A DNA stretch of 64,000 bases from Candidatus Marinacidobacterales bacterium (GCA_965219415.1 CBDCNP010000001.1:192001-256000), one strand, 5' to 3'. Positions 1-11,389 are shown, counted from the first letter of the stretch. Program-made: numbers and translations. The notes: a model not told the origin generated them from the letters alone.

Positions 1-2
1 TC

Positions 3-1373
3 GAGGACCGAGAGTGGATCTTGGAACAACTGGGCTCCCTGGATTCGGTTCTCTCTGCGACCCCTTTGCTGGAAGGCTTTCTCGCCAAAGCGTCGCCCGA
101 TCCGAGTGCTGGCGACGTACTGCGCTTGGTCGATGGTGTACAGTCCATCAAGCAGATCGGGGCGCTCTCCACTTTGGGCGAATTCGAGGTCTGCAAGATC
201 TTAACTGCTGCCCTACTGACCGGAGCGCTAGAAAAGTCTTCGGCAGGTACCCCCTTCGCCAAGGAACCGGCTTCCCCAGCCGCACCGCCACCCAGCGAAG
301 CCAGTTTCCCTTTTCCAGCGGACGCAGGAGAAACAACCGCTCTCAATATCGGAGGAGGCGAATCGAATTCCGCAGAGGCCGGGTACACCGACCCGCCGGC
401 GGTTCCGTTAGCGGAGATCGAGCGGGCATCGGCCCCTCCAGCTAGCCAACCGTCCGGAAATTTCGTCTTCGACGAACCGCCGAGCACCGATTCGCCTGAG
501 CAAAAGAGAATGCCCCCGCGTCCTCGAAAGATGAACCGCGGCGGCGGACTAAAGAAAGCACTCACGGCTGCGGCCGCTCTCTTGGCGATCGGAGGAGTTG
601 CCGGAGCCGCGTACTACTTCTTCTGGGGGCAGGAAGAATCGTCGGCCGGAACCAATGGGTCTCCGCCGGTTACCACACAGGCGGGCCAAACTCCGAAGCC
701 ACCCCCGACGGCCACCAAGAAGCCACCGACTTCCACAACGGCTCCGCCGACGACAACGCCTCCTCCATCGGGTCCGACTCCGACGAGCCCATCGACGACC
801 AGACCGCCGAGGCCGACGACCGGGCCGCCGCCCACCGCGACTCCTTCTCAGCCCACACAAAAACGGCCTGCAGGGAACAAGACGAAGACTCCGCCGAAGA
901 CCGCTTCGTCGACCAAGACGCCTTCCCCGCCTCCGAGGACCAGGACGACCACCACCACCGCTCCACCGCGGACATCACCGTCTTCGAACCCGAAACCAAC
1001 GTCCACTGGTAGCCGGCCGGGCACCTCTTCCGGACAATCCTTGGCCCAAGGACAACAACAGCTCAAGAGCGGCAACTACCCTCAGGCGGCAGCCACGTTT
1101 CTTGGCCACCTTCGAAAAGTGGGTCCTGACAAGTTCACGATTGCGGTGGGTGTTTTCTGCGACGCGAGTAATGTAAACCGCGTCGTCCAGAACTCAGGGG
1201 GATCCGAGCAGCTACTCGTTCTTTCCTTCGACAACAAGGGGCGCTCGTGCTACCGAGTATTCTGGGGAATCTTCAACTCGAGGGCGGAAGCGCAGCGGGC
1301 GATCGCATCGGTCCCCGCCAGCGTACGAGCGCGTGACTCGGCACCGGTCGCTATAGCCCGCCTCATTTCCTAA
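3..1373 (+). CDS. 5'-partial membrane protein: DUF4388-associated region, TM helix, Pro/Thr-rich linker, C-terminal SPOR-like domain
   Basis: Frame is open from base 3. VLRLVDGVQSIKQIGALSTLGEFEVCKIL resembles VLSRVDGVSTVADIAAISPLGEEETLRCV of the DUF4388 gene at ~6380. TM segment ALTAAAALLAIGGVAGAAYYFFW; C-terminal YRVFWGIFNSRAEAQRA is SPOR-like. Confidence 0.65.
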   Translation, partial: EDREWILEQLGSLDSVLSATPLLEGFLAKASPDPSAGDVLRLVDGVQSIKQIGALSTLGEFEVCKILTAALLTGALEKSSAGTPFAKEPASPAAPPPSEASFPFPADAGETTALNIGGGESNSAEAGYTDPPAVPLAEIERASAPPASQPSGNFVFDEPPSTDSPEQKRMPPRPRKMNRGGGLKKALTAAAALLAIGGVAGAAYYFFWGQEESSAGTNGSPPVTTQAGQTPKPPPTATKKPPTSTTAPPTTTPPPSGPTPTSPSTTRPPRPTTGPPPTATPSQPTQKRPAGNKTKTPPKTASSTKTPSPPPRTRTTTTTAPPRTSPSSNPKPTSTGSRPGTSSGQSLAQGQQQLKSGNYPQAAATFLGHLRKVGPDKFTIAVGVFCDASNVNRVVQNSGGSEQLLVLSFDNKGRSCYRVFWGIFNSRAEAQRAIASVPASVRARDSAPVAIARLIS

Positions 1374-1386
1374 CTCAGCTCTCGGT

Positions 1387-2761
1387 ATGGTGCCGGCTCT
1401 TTTCTCCCGACGCACCCTTCGCCGCTTTCGCGAATTGAAACTCGCGCCGCCGACGGCCCTCCTCCTCCTCGTCGTCCTCCTCGCCACTCCCCTTGGCGCG
1501 GAGATGCTCTATTTGACGAACGGCCGGCAAATCCAAGTGGAGCGTTATTGGGAAGAAGGCAACCAGGTCTTCTACGAGAGAAACGGCAGCATCTTCGGGT
1601 TTCCTAGTTCGCTCCTCGAGCGAGTGGGGCACGGCGAGGGACGCGCCGCCACCAAGAAGAAGTCAGAATCGGCGAAAGACGCCGTCGAGCCCGGATTTCG
1701 GAACCAGCCCTACGCGAAAGCCGTCGAGCAAGCACGGGCTTCAGCCGACGAAGGCGATCTCGACAAAGCCTCACACTACTACCGTCAAGCCTTACACGCC
1801 GCTCCCGAATCGGTGGTCGCCCGTGTCGAGCTTGGGGAGCTCTACCTGGAACGCGGCGGTCTGTCGGCGGCGCAGATCCAGCTGGAGCTAGCCCAAACGT
1901 AGTGCCCCAGAAGACGCGACCATTCGAGAGCTCTTGGGGGACGCCTACTACCGGCGAGGTCGCACCGCGCTCGCAATCCGAGAGTGGCAAAAGGCACTCG
2001 AGCTCGACCCGGGAGCGAGCATTCTGGACAAGCTGAAACAGGCCCTGCGGGAGAACGACCAGGACATCGACTTCGACGAGATGCGCCGGCCCCACTTCCT
2101 CATCCGCTATGACGGCGCGGTGAACCAATCCATCCGGCGAGAAGTGGCGATGGCTCTCAAGTCGGAATACGAGGAGCTAGCTCAGGAATTTCGCTTCACT
2201 CCCCAAGCTCCGGTGAAAATAACTCTTTACACGAACCGTGAGTTCAGCGAAGTCACCCACGCACCGTCCTGGGTCTCCGCTCTCAATGATGGCGAGATAC
2301 GGATCCCCGTTGAAGGGCTCGACGAATTGAACCCCAAGGTGATTCGGCTGTTGCGACACGAGCTGACCCACACCTTCATCAATGCGCGCACCGGAAACAA
2401 CTGCCCGACCTGGTTTCACGAGGGTTACGCCCAGTTGCGAGCGAACCAAATGCCGGACGGGATGTACGAGTCTCTCAAGGTGGCGAAGGAGTCGGGAGCG
2501 CTGCTGCCGCTTTGGAGCTTGGAGGGCCCGCTCCTCAGTTACTCAACGGAACAGGCGAGATTGGCCTACTATCAATCGCTTGCCGCAACGGAGTACCTCG
2601 TGAAGCGGAAGGGGAAAAATTCGTTGACCCGGATCATGGATCTGTTGGCGCGGCGCTACACCATGAACGATGCGTTGAACAAAGTCATTGGCCTCGACTA
2701 TCAAGAGCTTCAGACCGCCTGGGAAGCGGACCTCGGCCGTTACCGTCCGGGGATGCAGTAG
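1387..2761 (+). CDS. TPR-repeat plus peptidase MA-like metalloprotease (frameshifted ~1893)
   Basis: Signal peptide, TPR helices and an HELTH...WFHEG zincin motif. Removing one C from gcccaaacgt joins ORFs 1387-1902 and 1934-2761 (LELAKRSAPEDATIRELLGDAYY). Confidence 0.75.
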
Positions 2762-2861
2762 GGGTCGGGTTCTGTTTCGCGTAGCGACGCCGGGTGCAAG
2801 ACGGTGCGGACCTGATGCTGTGGAGAACTTCCGCCGAGGGCTTGGCAAGGAGGTCGAGAAA

Positions 2862-3317
2862 ATGCAGAAGTGGTTGAAGTTTTGTAGCGCAGCGGTTGTT
2901 GCGCTATCGCTAGCGGGAACCGGCTTCTTTTCTGTCCATGTCCTGGCCCAGTCGATGGGCAAGGACGCGACCTACGTCAGCCCTACCGGTGGAACCAAGC
3001 TTCGAATCCTCCTCGACGACAGCAACCTAGGCGGCTCCGAAGTCGAGGTGGCGGAGATCGAGTTTCCTCCGGGAGTCGACTCCGGCGCTCACGTGCATGG
3101 GGCAGTGGAAATCTTCTATGTCATCGAAGGCGAGCTCGAGCACATCGTCAATGGAAAGAAATACGTGCTCGGACCGGGCATGATCGATCACGTCCGTCCG
3201 CCCGACGAAGTGATCCACCGCGTCAAAGCGGACGGTCCTCCTTGTAAAGCATTGGTCATCTGGGCTCCCGGCGGCGAAGGGACCCGTATCGCCGAACAGT
3301 GGGAGGCCGAGAACTGA
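2862..3317 (+). CDS. Exported cupin-domain protein
   Basis: RBS aggagg before ATG 2862, signal peptide, cupin motifs HVHGAVEIFYVIEGE and PDEVIH. Confidence 0.8.
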   Translation: MQKWLKFCSAAVVALSLAGTGFFSVHVLAQSMGKDATYVSPTGGTKLRILLDDSNLGGSEVEVAEIEFPPGVDSGAHVHGAVEIFYVIEGELEHIVNGKKYVLGPGMIDHVRPPDEVIHRVKADGPPCKALVIWAPGGEGTRIAEQWEAEN

Positions 3318-3365
3318 GAGCGATTGATGCTCCATGGAATCTTGTCCGGGCGAGGTTCGGATGTA

Positions 3366-4694
3366 CTACCGTCCCCCCGATTCACTAGGCGTCGGGGTCC
3401 GCACTCGGCGGGCCGCGCGGTGGGTGGCGCTCGATGGCGCCATTCTTTCCGCCAGCTCTTTTATTCTCTCGAGGTACGCGTCCATGTACTCGGCCGCGAT
3501 CGGTGGGCCCGGAGGGAAGATCTGCTTGAGCGGATTCACTGGCTTCCCGTGACGAATGAGCCGGAAATCCAAGTGAGCACCGGTCGCCAAGCCGGTGGAT
3601 CCCACGTAGCCGATCACTTCTTTCTGGCCCACGCGCTTGCCGGTCCGTAGCCCCTTGGCGAAGTGAGACAGGTGTAGGTACTTGGACTGGTAACCCATCG
3701 CATGGCGGAGGGTCACCATGCGGCCCGAACCTCCTTTGGTGGAGATACCGGTCACGGTGCCGGCGGCGACCGAATGCACCGGCGTCCCCCGCGGAGCCGC
3801 ATAATCCACACCGAGATGCGGCATGCGGCGTCGATGCACCGGATGAAGCCGACTATAAGAAAACCGCGAGCTGATTCGCTGAAACTTGAGCGGTGCTCTG
3901 AGGAAAGCCTTACGCATCGACTTACCGTTAGGGTCGAAGTAACCCTTCTTCTTGCCTTCCGGATCCACGAAGAGAAAGGCGGAGAGATCGGTCGCCCCGG
4001 AAACGTAACGGGCCGCCAGAAGGTCACCGTAGCCGGCAAATCGGTCGTCGCGGTATAGCTTCTCTACGAGAAGTTCAAACCGATCCCCAGGCCGACTCTG
4101 GGTGTAAAAATCGAAGTCCCAAGCGAAGACTTCGGCGAAGGCGACAACCAAGGGCGCCGACTCTCCTAACGACCCCAGGCTTGCGAAGAGACTTCCTTGC
4201 ACCGAACCCTGGTGCGATACCTCTCGATGCTCGATGACGATGGTGAGTTGGTCACCCACCCAACCACCGTTCTCCGGGCGAACCTCATAAGTCTCGAGGG
4301 CTCCGCGATGAATCCAAATCGCTTCCACATCTGCGGCGCCGGTGTATCGGATCTCGACTTCGTCCCCGGGACGCAAGTGCCGGAGATTGACATGAGGCGT
4401 TAGGGCCTCCGCCATTTGGTGTACCTCGAGCGGAGCGAACCCGTTGCGCTGGAGAAGCGTGGCCAGCGTTTCCCCGCGACGCACACGATCGGGTACGACC
4501 ACCCACGGGTCACGTTCGGTAGACGGGAGGAAGCTGACTTCCGCTAGCTGGGGCGCTTGGAAAGTCGGCAGGTCGACAGGCGAGAAACGCTCCCACGCCG
4601 CCAAACCGACGACGCTCATCCCGTAGAGGCCAACCGCGGCCAACAAGAAGCGTCGCAGTAGGCGAAGTTTCCTACTCGGGCGTGACTTCTTCAC
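3366..4694 (-). CDS. M23 family peptidoglycan DD-endopeptidase (MepM-like)
   Basis: HLGVDYAAP, YLHLS and HLDF motifs; N-terminal membrane anchor. Confidence 0.9.
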   Translation of the reverse strand: MKKSRPSRKLRLLRRFLLAAVGLYGMSVVGLAAWERFSPVDLPTFQAPQLAEVSFLPSTERDPWVVVPDRVRRGETLATLLQRNGFAPLEVHQMAEALTPHVNLRHLRPGDEVEIRYTGAADVEAIWIHRGALETYEVRPENGGWVGDQLTIVIEHREVSHQGSVQGSLFASLGSLGESAPLVVAFAEVFAWDFDFYTQSRPGDRFELLVEKLYRDDRFAGYGDLLAARYVSGATDLSAFLFVDPEGKKKGYFDPNGKSMRKAFLRAPLKFQRISSRFSYSRLHPVHRRRMPHLGVDYAAPRGTPVHSVAAGTVTGISTKGGSGRMVTLRHAMGYQSKYLHLSHFAKGLRTGKRVGQKEVIGYVGSTGLATGAHLDFRLIRHGKPVNPLKQIFPPGPPIAAEYMDAYLERIKELAERMAPSSATHRAARRVRTPTPSESGGR

Positions 4695-5638
4695 GCTTGC
4701 GCTCCCGGAGCGACTCCGTAAAAGGCCAGGCTCTTCTCGAGACCTTGAGAGAGAGAAAAGCGCGGCTTGTAATCGAGCTCCTCGGCAAGACGTGAGATAT
4801 CGGCTTGCGAGTGGCGAACGTCACCGGCGCGGGGAGACTCGTAAACGGGTTTCGCCTTGTTCCCCACCAGTGTCGCCATCGTCTTCCAAAGATCGTTCAA
4901 GGAGATGCGATCCCCGCACCCGACGTTGTATATCCGACCCCCGGCGCGCGGTGAGTGGCAAGCGGCCAGGTTCACGTCCGCCACGTTGTCGACGTAAGTG
5001 AAGTCGCGGGTCTGTTCACCGTCGCCATAGATAGTGGGTGGCTTGCCCGATACGATGGAGTCGATGAAGCGACTGATGACGCCCGAGTACGCGGAGCTGG
5101 GATCTTGGCGCGGACCGAAGACGTTGAAGTATCGCAAGGCGACCGTTTCCAGACCGTACAATCGGTGAAACACCATGCAGTACTGTTCCCCAGTCAGCTT
5201 CGAGACCGCGTAGGGCGAGAGTGGCTCGGGCCGAACGCTTTCTTTTTTGGGAAGCTCCTCGCTGGCTCCGTATACCGAAGAAGAAGACGCATAGACGACA
5301 CGGCGGACCTTGGCTCGACTGGCGGCGTGAAGCAGCATCAACGTTCCGGTGGCATTGGCGGCATGGGACTCGAGCGGTCGCTCCACAGAACGAGGAACCG
5401 ACGGGATCGCCGCTTCATGGAAGACGAAGTCGACACCGGTGACGGCCTTTTGGACGTCCTCCGAGTCGCAAAGATCCCCCCGCTGGAGCTCGATCTGGCC
5501 TTTTACCTCCTCGAGGTTCGCCTCTCTACCGGTTGCGAAGTTATCCAGAACGCGAACTTTCTCCCCGTCCTCGAGCAATCGGCGCACTAGGCTCGAGCCA
5601 ATGAAGCCTGCACCACCGGTCACCAGAAAGAGCCCCAC
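4691..5638 (-). CDS. NAD-dependent nucleotide-sugar epimerase/dehydratase (extended SDR)
   Basis: GGAGFIGS, YAVSK, LRYFNVFGPRQDP and RDFTYV motifs. Confidence 0.92.
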   Translation of the reverse strand: MGLFLVTGGAGFIGSSLVRRLLEDGEKVRVLDNFATGREANLEEVKGQIELQRGDLCDSEDVQKAVTGVDFVFHEAAIPSVPRSVERPLESHAANATGTLMLLHAASRAKVRRVVYASSSSVYGASEELPKKESVRPEPLSPYAVSKLTGEQYCMVFHRLYGLETVALRYFNVFGPRQDPSSAYSGVISRFIDSIVSGKPPTIYGDGEQTRDFTYVDNVADVNLAACHSPRAGGRIYNVGCGDRISLNDLWKTMATLVGNKAKPVYESPRAGDVRHSQADISRLAEELDYKPRFSLSQGLEKSLAFYGVAPGAQA

Positions 5639-5820
5639 TCGCCTCCTCGAAAACGCATCGCTAAGTCAAAATTGACCGACCAACAGTGTAGGGGAGCTGC
5701 ATGTGCCTCGTCAACCGTAACTTACGCCGTTGGGCCTGGGGCAGTCCGTTTCGGATACGCTCAGCCTATGTTAAGATAAGTGTTGGGAAATACCTTCGCC
5801 GAAGAACCCAGGAGCTATTT

Positions 5821-7446
5821 GTGCAGGGAGACCTTAGCCAGGATACCCTCGCTGGGGTAATCCGCGGCCTGTACCTCGACCGCAAGAGCGGCATCTTGCA
5901 CCTCGAGCGGGAGGGGATCGAGAAGCGGATTTACTTCAAGAAGGGGTCCATGATCTTCGCTAACTCGGACGTCAATGACGACCGAATCGGCGAGTTCCTG
6001 ATCCGCAACAACGCCATCGATCGTGCTGCCTTCGAGATGGCGGTCAAGGTCGCCAAAGATACCCGGAAGCATTTCGGTAAGACTATCGTCGAGATGGGTC
6101 ACATGTCCGCCGAAGAGATGGAGACCCAAGTTACCGGGCAAATCGAAGCCATCATTTACTCCTTGTTTCTGTGGGAGTCGGGAGACTGGAAACTAGAGCC
6201 ACACGAAGATCCGGTCGATGCGGATATCGTGCTGAACCTCTCCACCGCGGACATCATCCTGGAAGGCATCCGTCGGATGACTGACTTCGAGGCGATCGGC
6301 GGACGCGCAAGGCATGCTGCGACACTCCGAAAATCCTCTTCTGCTTTACCAAAAGATCAGCTTGACGCCTTCGGAAGGATTTGTGCTGTCACGTGTGGAC
6401 GGCGTATCCACGGTTGCCGATATCGCGGCTATTTCACCATTGGGCGAGGAAGAAACACTTCGTTGTGTCTACGGGTTGGTTTCCGCCGGAGTTCTCGACG
6501 TCGTGGGCAGTAGCGCACAGCCAGCCGCGGCGCCGGCAGCAGAGGACAAGGTCGACATCCCGGCGCCCGAGGCCGAGACCTTGGAACGCAAAGAGGATAA
6601 GTCGGTTGCTCCACCGACACCATCGGGACCCACGCCCGAAGAGCAAGAGATCCGAGACGACATCATGGCCCGGCGCGCTTCTCTAGAGACTGCAAACCTC
6701 TACGATCTCCTAGGACCAACCTCAACGCGGGTGGCCCCGAAATCAAAAAAGCCTATTACAAGATGGCGAAGAAATACCATCCGGATCGCCATCACTCGCC
6801 ACATCTTCACGACGTGCACGGCCAGCTGGAGGAGCTCTTCGTGAAGATCACCAAGGCGTATCAGAAACTCTCCGACCCCTTGGCTCGTCGACGCTATGAC
6901 GCTTCTCTGCGGACCGAGGCTCCCCCGGGCGGTGCCGGCGTTGGGGCGCCGGGAACACCGTTACGCGACGGCGGAACGCCGTCCATGCCGGAGGGGCCGA
7001 CTCATCAAGAAAAAATGGCAGCTATGCAATTCCAGGAGGGCAGACGACACTACGTGGAGTTGCATTTCTTTGATGCCATCCAATGTTTACGCGAGGCGGT
7101 TCGACTCGCTCCGCACAAGGGTCCGTACCACAAGCTACTCGCGCAGGCCTTGATCAAGAATCCTCATTGGCGGAAGGAAGCCGAGGAGCATTTCCACGAG
7201 GCGCTCAAAACGAGTCAGTTCGATCCGGAGTGTTTCGTCGGACTGGGTGAGATCTACGAAGGCGAAGACATGACCAGCCGCGCCTTGAAGATGTACCAAC
7301 AGGCGCTCAACTACGATCCCAGCAACGAGTTCGCGCAGGAAAAACTCGATGCACATAAACCCAAGAGCGCCATGGAGGGACTCAAAGGCATGCTCCGTCG
7401 AAAGAAGGACAAAGGAGAAAAAGAGGAAAAGGTTTCGGAAGAATAA
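5821..7446 (+). CDS. DUF4388 plus DnaJ plus TPR protein (frameshifts ~6305 and ~6720)
   Basis: GTG start after aggag. DUF4388-like QGDLSQDTLAGVIRGLYLDRKSGIL; J-domain YDLLG...KKAYYKMAKKYHPD; C-terminal TPRs; spread over three consecutive ORFs. Confidence 0.8.
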
Positions 7447-7449
7447 CGT

Positions 7450-8853
7450 TCACTTTACGCCTCTTTGCTCTAGTTTACTCGCCTCCCTTTTGATCTCCAG
7501 GTTGAGCTCCAGAACATCCCGCCGGATCTTGTCCACGTCCACGGTTCCTATTACGCGATTTTCCATAATGATGCGTCCGTGAATAACGGTGGTCGTCACG
7601 TTGGCGGCCGACGCCGCGTAAACCAGCGCTGAGTAGACGTCGTACATCGGGATCATGTTGACCGCATCCTTGTCGACGATGATGATGTCGGCGAACTTGC
7701 CGACCTCCAGGGAACCGATCCGGTCTCCCATGTCGAGGGCCTTCGCCCCCCCGATGGTCGCCATTTCGATGACGTCGACCGGCGGCATGACGGTACGGTC
7801 CTGGTTGACCAGCTTGTGTATCTTGGCCACGTAGCCCAACTGGGTAACCATATCGAGCGTGTTGCCGCTCATCGCACCGTCGGTGCCCAAACCGACGTCG
7901 ACTCCCCGTGCGAGCATGGTCAGAACCGGCGCCACGCCTTTCCCCGCCTTGATGTTAGAGACCATATTGTGACTGACGCCGACTCCGCGGCGTTTCAGTA
8001 AGTCGATATCCGACTCGGTGACGAGGATACAGTGGGCGGCCACCAGGCGAGAACTCAGCAGACCCACCGAGTCCAGATACTCCACGGGCGTCTTGCCGAA
8101 ATCGCGGCGGATTTGCTCGATCTCGGCCTTCGTTTCCGAGAGGTGGGTCAGGACCGGCACGTCGAGCTTTTCCGCCCATTCCGCGATCAACGCGAGTTGC
8201 TCCTTCTCAATGGAGTAAGGCGCGTGCGGGGCCAACGCGGGGGTGATGAGCTCGTTCCCTTTGTACTCTTCGATGAATTTGATAGCGTACTCGAGCCCGC
8301 CGTAAGGCTCCTTCGCGTCGGGGGCGGGGTACTTGATCACCGTCTCGCCGGCGATGGCACGCATGCCGACTTCGACCGCGGCGCGCGCTACCTGATCTTC
8401 GAAGTAATACATGTCGGTGAACGTCGTCACCCCGCCTTGCACCATCTCTACCGCGGCGAGGAGAGTCCCGCTATAGACGTTTTCGGGATCGACGACCGTT
8501 CTCTCGAGCGGAAAGATGAAACGCTCAAGGCGATCGGGTACGTCGTCGGCCAATCCGCGGAAGATGGTCATGGGGGCGTGGCTGTGGGTGTTCACCATGC
8601 CGGGCATCACGATGTCCCCGCCGGCGTCGATGACCTTGCCGGCGGTGTAGGTGGCGGCGAGCTCCGCCCCGCCCACCGCGATGATCTTGGAGCCGCGGAT
8701 GACGAGCGTGCCTCGAGGGATCACCGCCTTCTCCTCGTTCATGGTGACGAGGTGGGCGTTCTTTACCAGAATGTCGGCCGATCGTTGTGACTGAGCGGCC
8801 ACGAATTGTGGTGTAGAGACGGCCAGGGTCAGAACCCAACAAAGAATTCTCAA
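7450..8853 (-). CDS. Amidohydrolase, MTA/SAH-deaminase-like, with signal peptide
   Basis: PGMVNTHSH, APHAPY, THLSET, AAHC and GLGTDG motifs. Confidence 0.88.
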   Translation of the reverse strand: MRILCWVLTLAVSTPQFVAAQSQRSADILVKNAHLVTMNEEKAVIPRGTLVIRGSKIIAVGGAELAATYTAGKVIDAGGDIVMPGMVNTHSHAPMTIFRGLADDVPDRLERFIFPLERTVVDPENVYSGTLLAAVEMVQGGVTTFTDMYYFEDQVARAAVEVGMRAIAGETVIKYPAPDAKEPYGGLEYAIKFIEEYKGNELITPALAPHAPYSIEKEQLALIAEWAEKLDVPVLTHLSETKAEIEQIRRDFGKTPVEYLDSVGLLSSRLVAAHCILVTESDIDLLKRRGVGVSHNMVSNIKAGKGVAPVLTMLARGVDVGLGTDGAMSGNTLDMVTQLGYVAKIHKLVNQDRTVMPPVDVIEMATIGGAKALDMGDRIGSLEVGKFADIIIVDKDAVNMIPMYDVYSALVYAASAANVTTTVIHGRIIMENRVIGTVDVDKIRRDVLELNLEIKREASKLEQRGVK

Positions 8854-8956
8854 GAGTCCTCCTCAGACGAGCGAGGTAGCGACCTTACGGGGAGGGAAGT
8901 TAGCATATTGGGGCCCACCAGCGATAAAATACTAGAGAGCGCGCCGGAGGCGAAAT

Positions 8957-9481
8957 ATGAGAAATATACCCTCTTGCTCGAAACCGGCTTCTCAGACCGC
9001 CCTCGCGCTACTGGCGTTCGTGGCCTGGGTCGCCTGCAATACCTCCAATGAAGATAGTCCTTTAGCACCGAGTGAGCCCGTTCCTACTCAGGTCGAGCCC
9101 ACCAAATCCGAAGGCGAAACTCAAATCTCGTTCGTCTCCGCGGACCCGCCCCCCGGATCCACCATCGCAGGATGCGGTCCTCAGATCGGCGGTTGCACCG
9201 GGAGAATCGGTATGAGGTTCCGGCTCGTTGGGAGCGCCGATGGGCACGTCCAATCGTTTGACGTCTACCTTCACAGCACCGGGCTGACGGCGTGTCTCAT
9301 GGCGACCGTTCCCTCGTTCGAAATTGCAGCGGAACAACCTACTGATGTCGACGTGCGATTCGACGACTCTGATGACTGCCCAACGCCGACGAACGTCGAC
9401 AACATGTCTGCCGTGCTCAGCGGCGGCGTCGAGCTCGGTTCCCGACAGGAGTGGGCTCTCAATTATATGTTCAACCCCTAG
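8957..9481 (+). CDS. Hypothetical lipoprotein
   Basis: RBS ggagg; lipobox-like LAFVAWVAC; several Cys residues. Confidence 0.55.
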   Translation: MRNIPSCSKPASQTALALLAFVAWVACNTSNEDSPLAPSEPVPTQVEPTKSEGETQISFVSADPPPGSTIAGCGPQIGGCTGRIGMRFRLVGSADGHVQSFDVYLHSTGLTACLMATVPSFEIAAEQPTDVDVRFDDSDDCPTPTNVDNMSAVLSGGVELGSRQEWALNYMFNP

Positions 9482-9960
9482 CCGGCTGCCGGCTCTCCCG
9501 AGCCTGGTAGCGCTCGATCGCAGTCCGCCAGGACTCGATGTAGTCCTGATAGTGGGTCTCGGTGAAAACCGCTAGGTACTTGTTGCCCGCTTCCGACAGA
9601 GCCGTAAACGTGTAGGTCGCGCGCAACCGGGTCGTCCCCTCGGCTGCCTCTTCGCACTGGACCTCTACGATCGCGACGCGGGAGCCCGGCGTCACTCTCG
9701 CATACTTGGCCCGAAACTCTAGCGGGCTCGCATTCCATGACCGCCCAAATCGTGTCCGGCTCGCCATCCTGACTCGTCGTGAAGATACCGCCCTCGGCGA
9801 GCTCACCGGAACGAGGGTGGTGGAAAGTGGGATCCCAGCCCGGGACCCAGTCCGTTTCCCCCAAGGGGGTAAACAAAGGAAAGATCTCTTCGCGCGAGCC
9901 GCGGAGCTCGATGGTGTGAGACCTCTCGATATGGTCTGCAACGAAAAGTGTTTGGGGCAT
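9471..9960 (-). CDS. SRPBCC-like protein (frameshifted ~9725)
   Basis: N-half FPLFTPLGETDWVPGW lies in one frame; C-half TTRLRATYTFTALSEAGN...SWRTAI lies in another. Confidence 0.65.
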
Positions 9961-9964
9961 CTGA

Positions 9965-10249
9965 CTATTCTCCTCTATTACTCCGGCCTTCCCGGAGCCG
10001 GTGGCTTGCCGTGGCACCGTAGTCCATTCCATAGACCGTCTTCAGCTGGCGGACTCGCTTGAGGGTCTCCTTGCCGAAAGGCGGCTTTCTCTCGAAGGCG
10101 TGCAAGACGACCCCCTCGAGAAGGTCTCCCAGCGACAAGTCGAGGTACTCGGCCAGTGCCTTGAGCACTTTGAGCATTCTCTTTTCCATCCGCACGCCGG
10201 TCTGAACCCGCTCTACTTCTAGTGAGTCCCCTTTTTTCGTTGCCGGCAT
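9965..10249 (-). CDS. Small putative DNA-binding protein (ribbon-helix-helix-like)
   Basis: VQTGVRMEKRMLKVLKALAEYLDLSLGDLLE fits a strand-helix-helix pattern; RBS gagg. Confidence 0.65.
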   Translation of the reverse strand: MPATKKGDSLEVERVQTGVRMEKRMLKVLKALAEYLDLSLGDLLEGVVLHAFERKPPFGKETLKRVRQLKTVYGMDYGATASHRLREGRSNRGE

Positions 10250-10263
10250 TTCGCACCTCGCTG

Positions 10264-11076
10264 TTATCTATGTACCATGGTACCAAAACGGGTGCGGGGT
10301 GTCCAACGGGTGGGATTAGGAAGACGGCTGGCCGAGGCTAGGTAGGGCTCTACTTCGTCGGGACCAACCGTCTTGTCGAGGGCGATGTCCAGGGCCTGCT
10401 CCATGATCTCGGCCATGCGTTGGTGGGAGTTTTCCACACCGAGGACCTCAGCCAAGCGCTCGAACTTCTCCTTGAACTTGCGGTCGGCGGCGAAGCGGAA
10501 ATTGAACACCTCCGGTCTTGCCGGCTCGAGGATGGTCGGTGACACCCGGGGAGTTGGGCGTGGGGTCTCAGACACCACCCGAGGTTGTACAGTCGGAGGC
10601 GGGGTCAGAGCCGACCGAGAAGGGGTCTTTCGAATCGAGCGTGCAAAGACGGGCTTTGGCCGGAGCGCGACCAGGTACTCCTCGGCCTCCCGCTTTGTCA
10701 TTCCAGCGCAATCCCCGAGAAGTTTCTCGACGTTGCTCTCCGTGAGAACGGACGCGAGGAGTCCCGCCACGGTGAGACTCAATCGATTCTCCGCCAGCGC
10801 AACGAGGAGCTGGGGAAAACGCATCGATACATTGGACACCTGAATCCGCAAAGCAACCGAGCCTTCACTCAAACGAAGTCGTCTTACGCGGTAGTCGAAG
10901 AGATTCTTGTAGCCACGCTCGAGATGGCCCTTTCTTCTCGACATCTCCGCGACGTGAGCGATGATGAGCGCCACGTTTCGTTTCTCAGCGCGGACCAGCT
11001 TCTCGGTTGAACGGTCGAGCTCTTCGGTGGAGAGACCTTCAAGCGTTTCAAAGTACGTCTTAACTCTTTCGATCAT
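10264..11076 (-). pseudogene. DUF222-like/HNH endonuclease family gene, truncated before the HNH domain (copy A)
   Basis: EMSRRKGHLERGYKNLFDY...FPQLLVALAENRLS matches the N-terminus of the HNH gene at 24410. No HNH motif follows ALDIALDK. Confidence 0.65.
10272..10283. promoter_or_regulatory. Perfect 12-bp palindrome, candidate operator
   Basis: GTACCATGGTAC lies 23 bp upstream of the RHH-like gene start. Confidence 0.4.
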
Positions 11077-11389
11077 GGCCGTTGCCCCCTCTTCTAAATA
11101 TAGCAACGGACTTTTTCGCGGCCTCAGTAGCCTCGAGCGAGAAACAAACGGAGCCGGTTGAAAAAAAATTCAAGGTAGTGGCGAAAAAATGCGAGAGGGC
11201 GTGTGTGCGTTACCTGAAGGTATCTGTGCTAGTAACTGTTCACTTTTCGATTTTGTCTTGCGGAACTTGTCAAGTGTTTTTTCGTTTTTTTTCGCTGCCT
11301 TGCTCTCCGAATCTTGCCCGGGCGAGTTTTTTCGTGGGGAGTCCTAATCATTGACTTCCGATCCTTCGGAGGACTATTTTTCAGCAACT

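Noticed and set aside
660-1020. Repetitive ccgacg/ccacc-rich tract as a repeat array or CRISPR
   Set aside because: It encodes a low-complexity Pro/Thr linker with no repeat-spacer periodicity. No CRISPR array was seen in the window.
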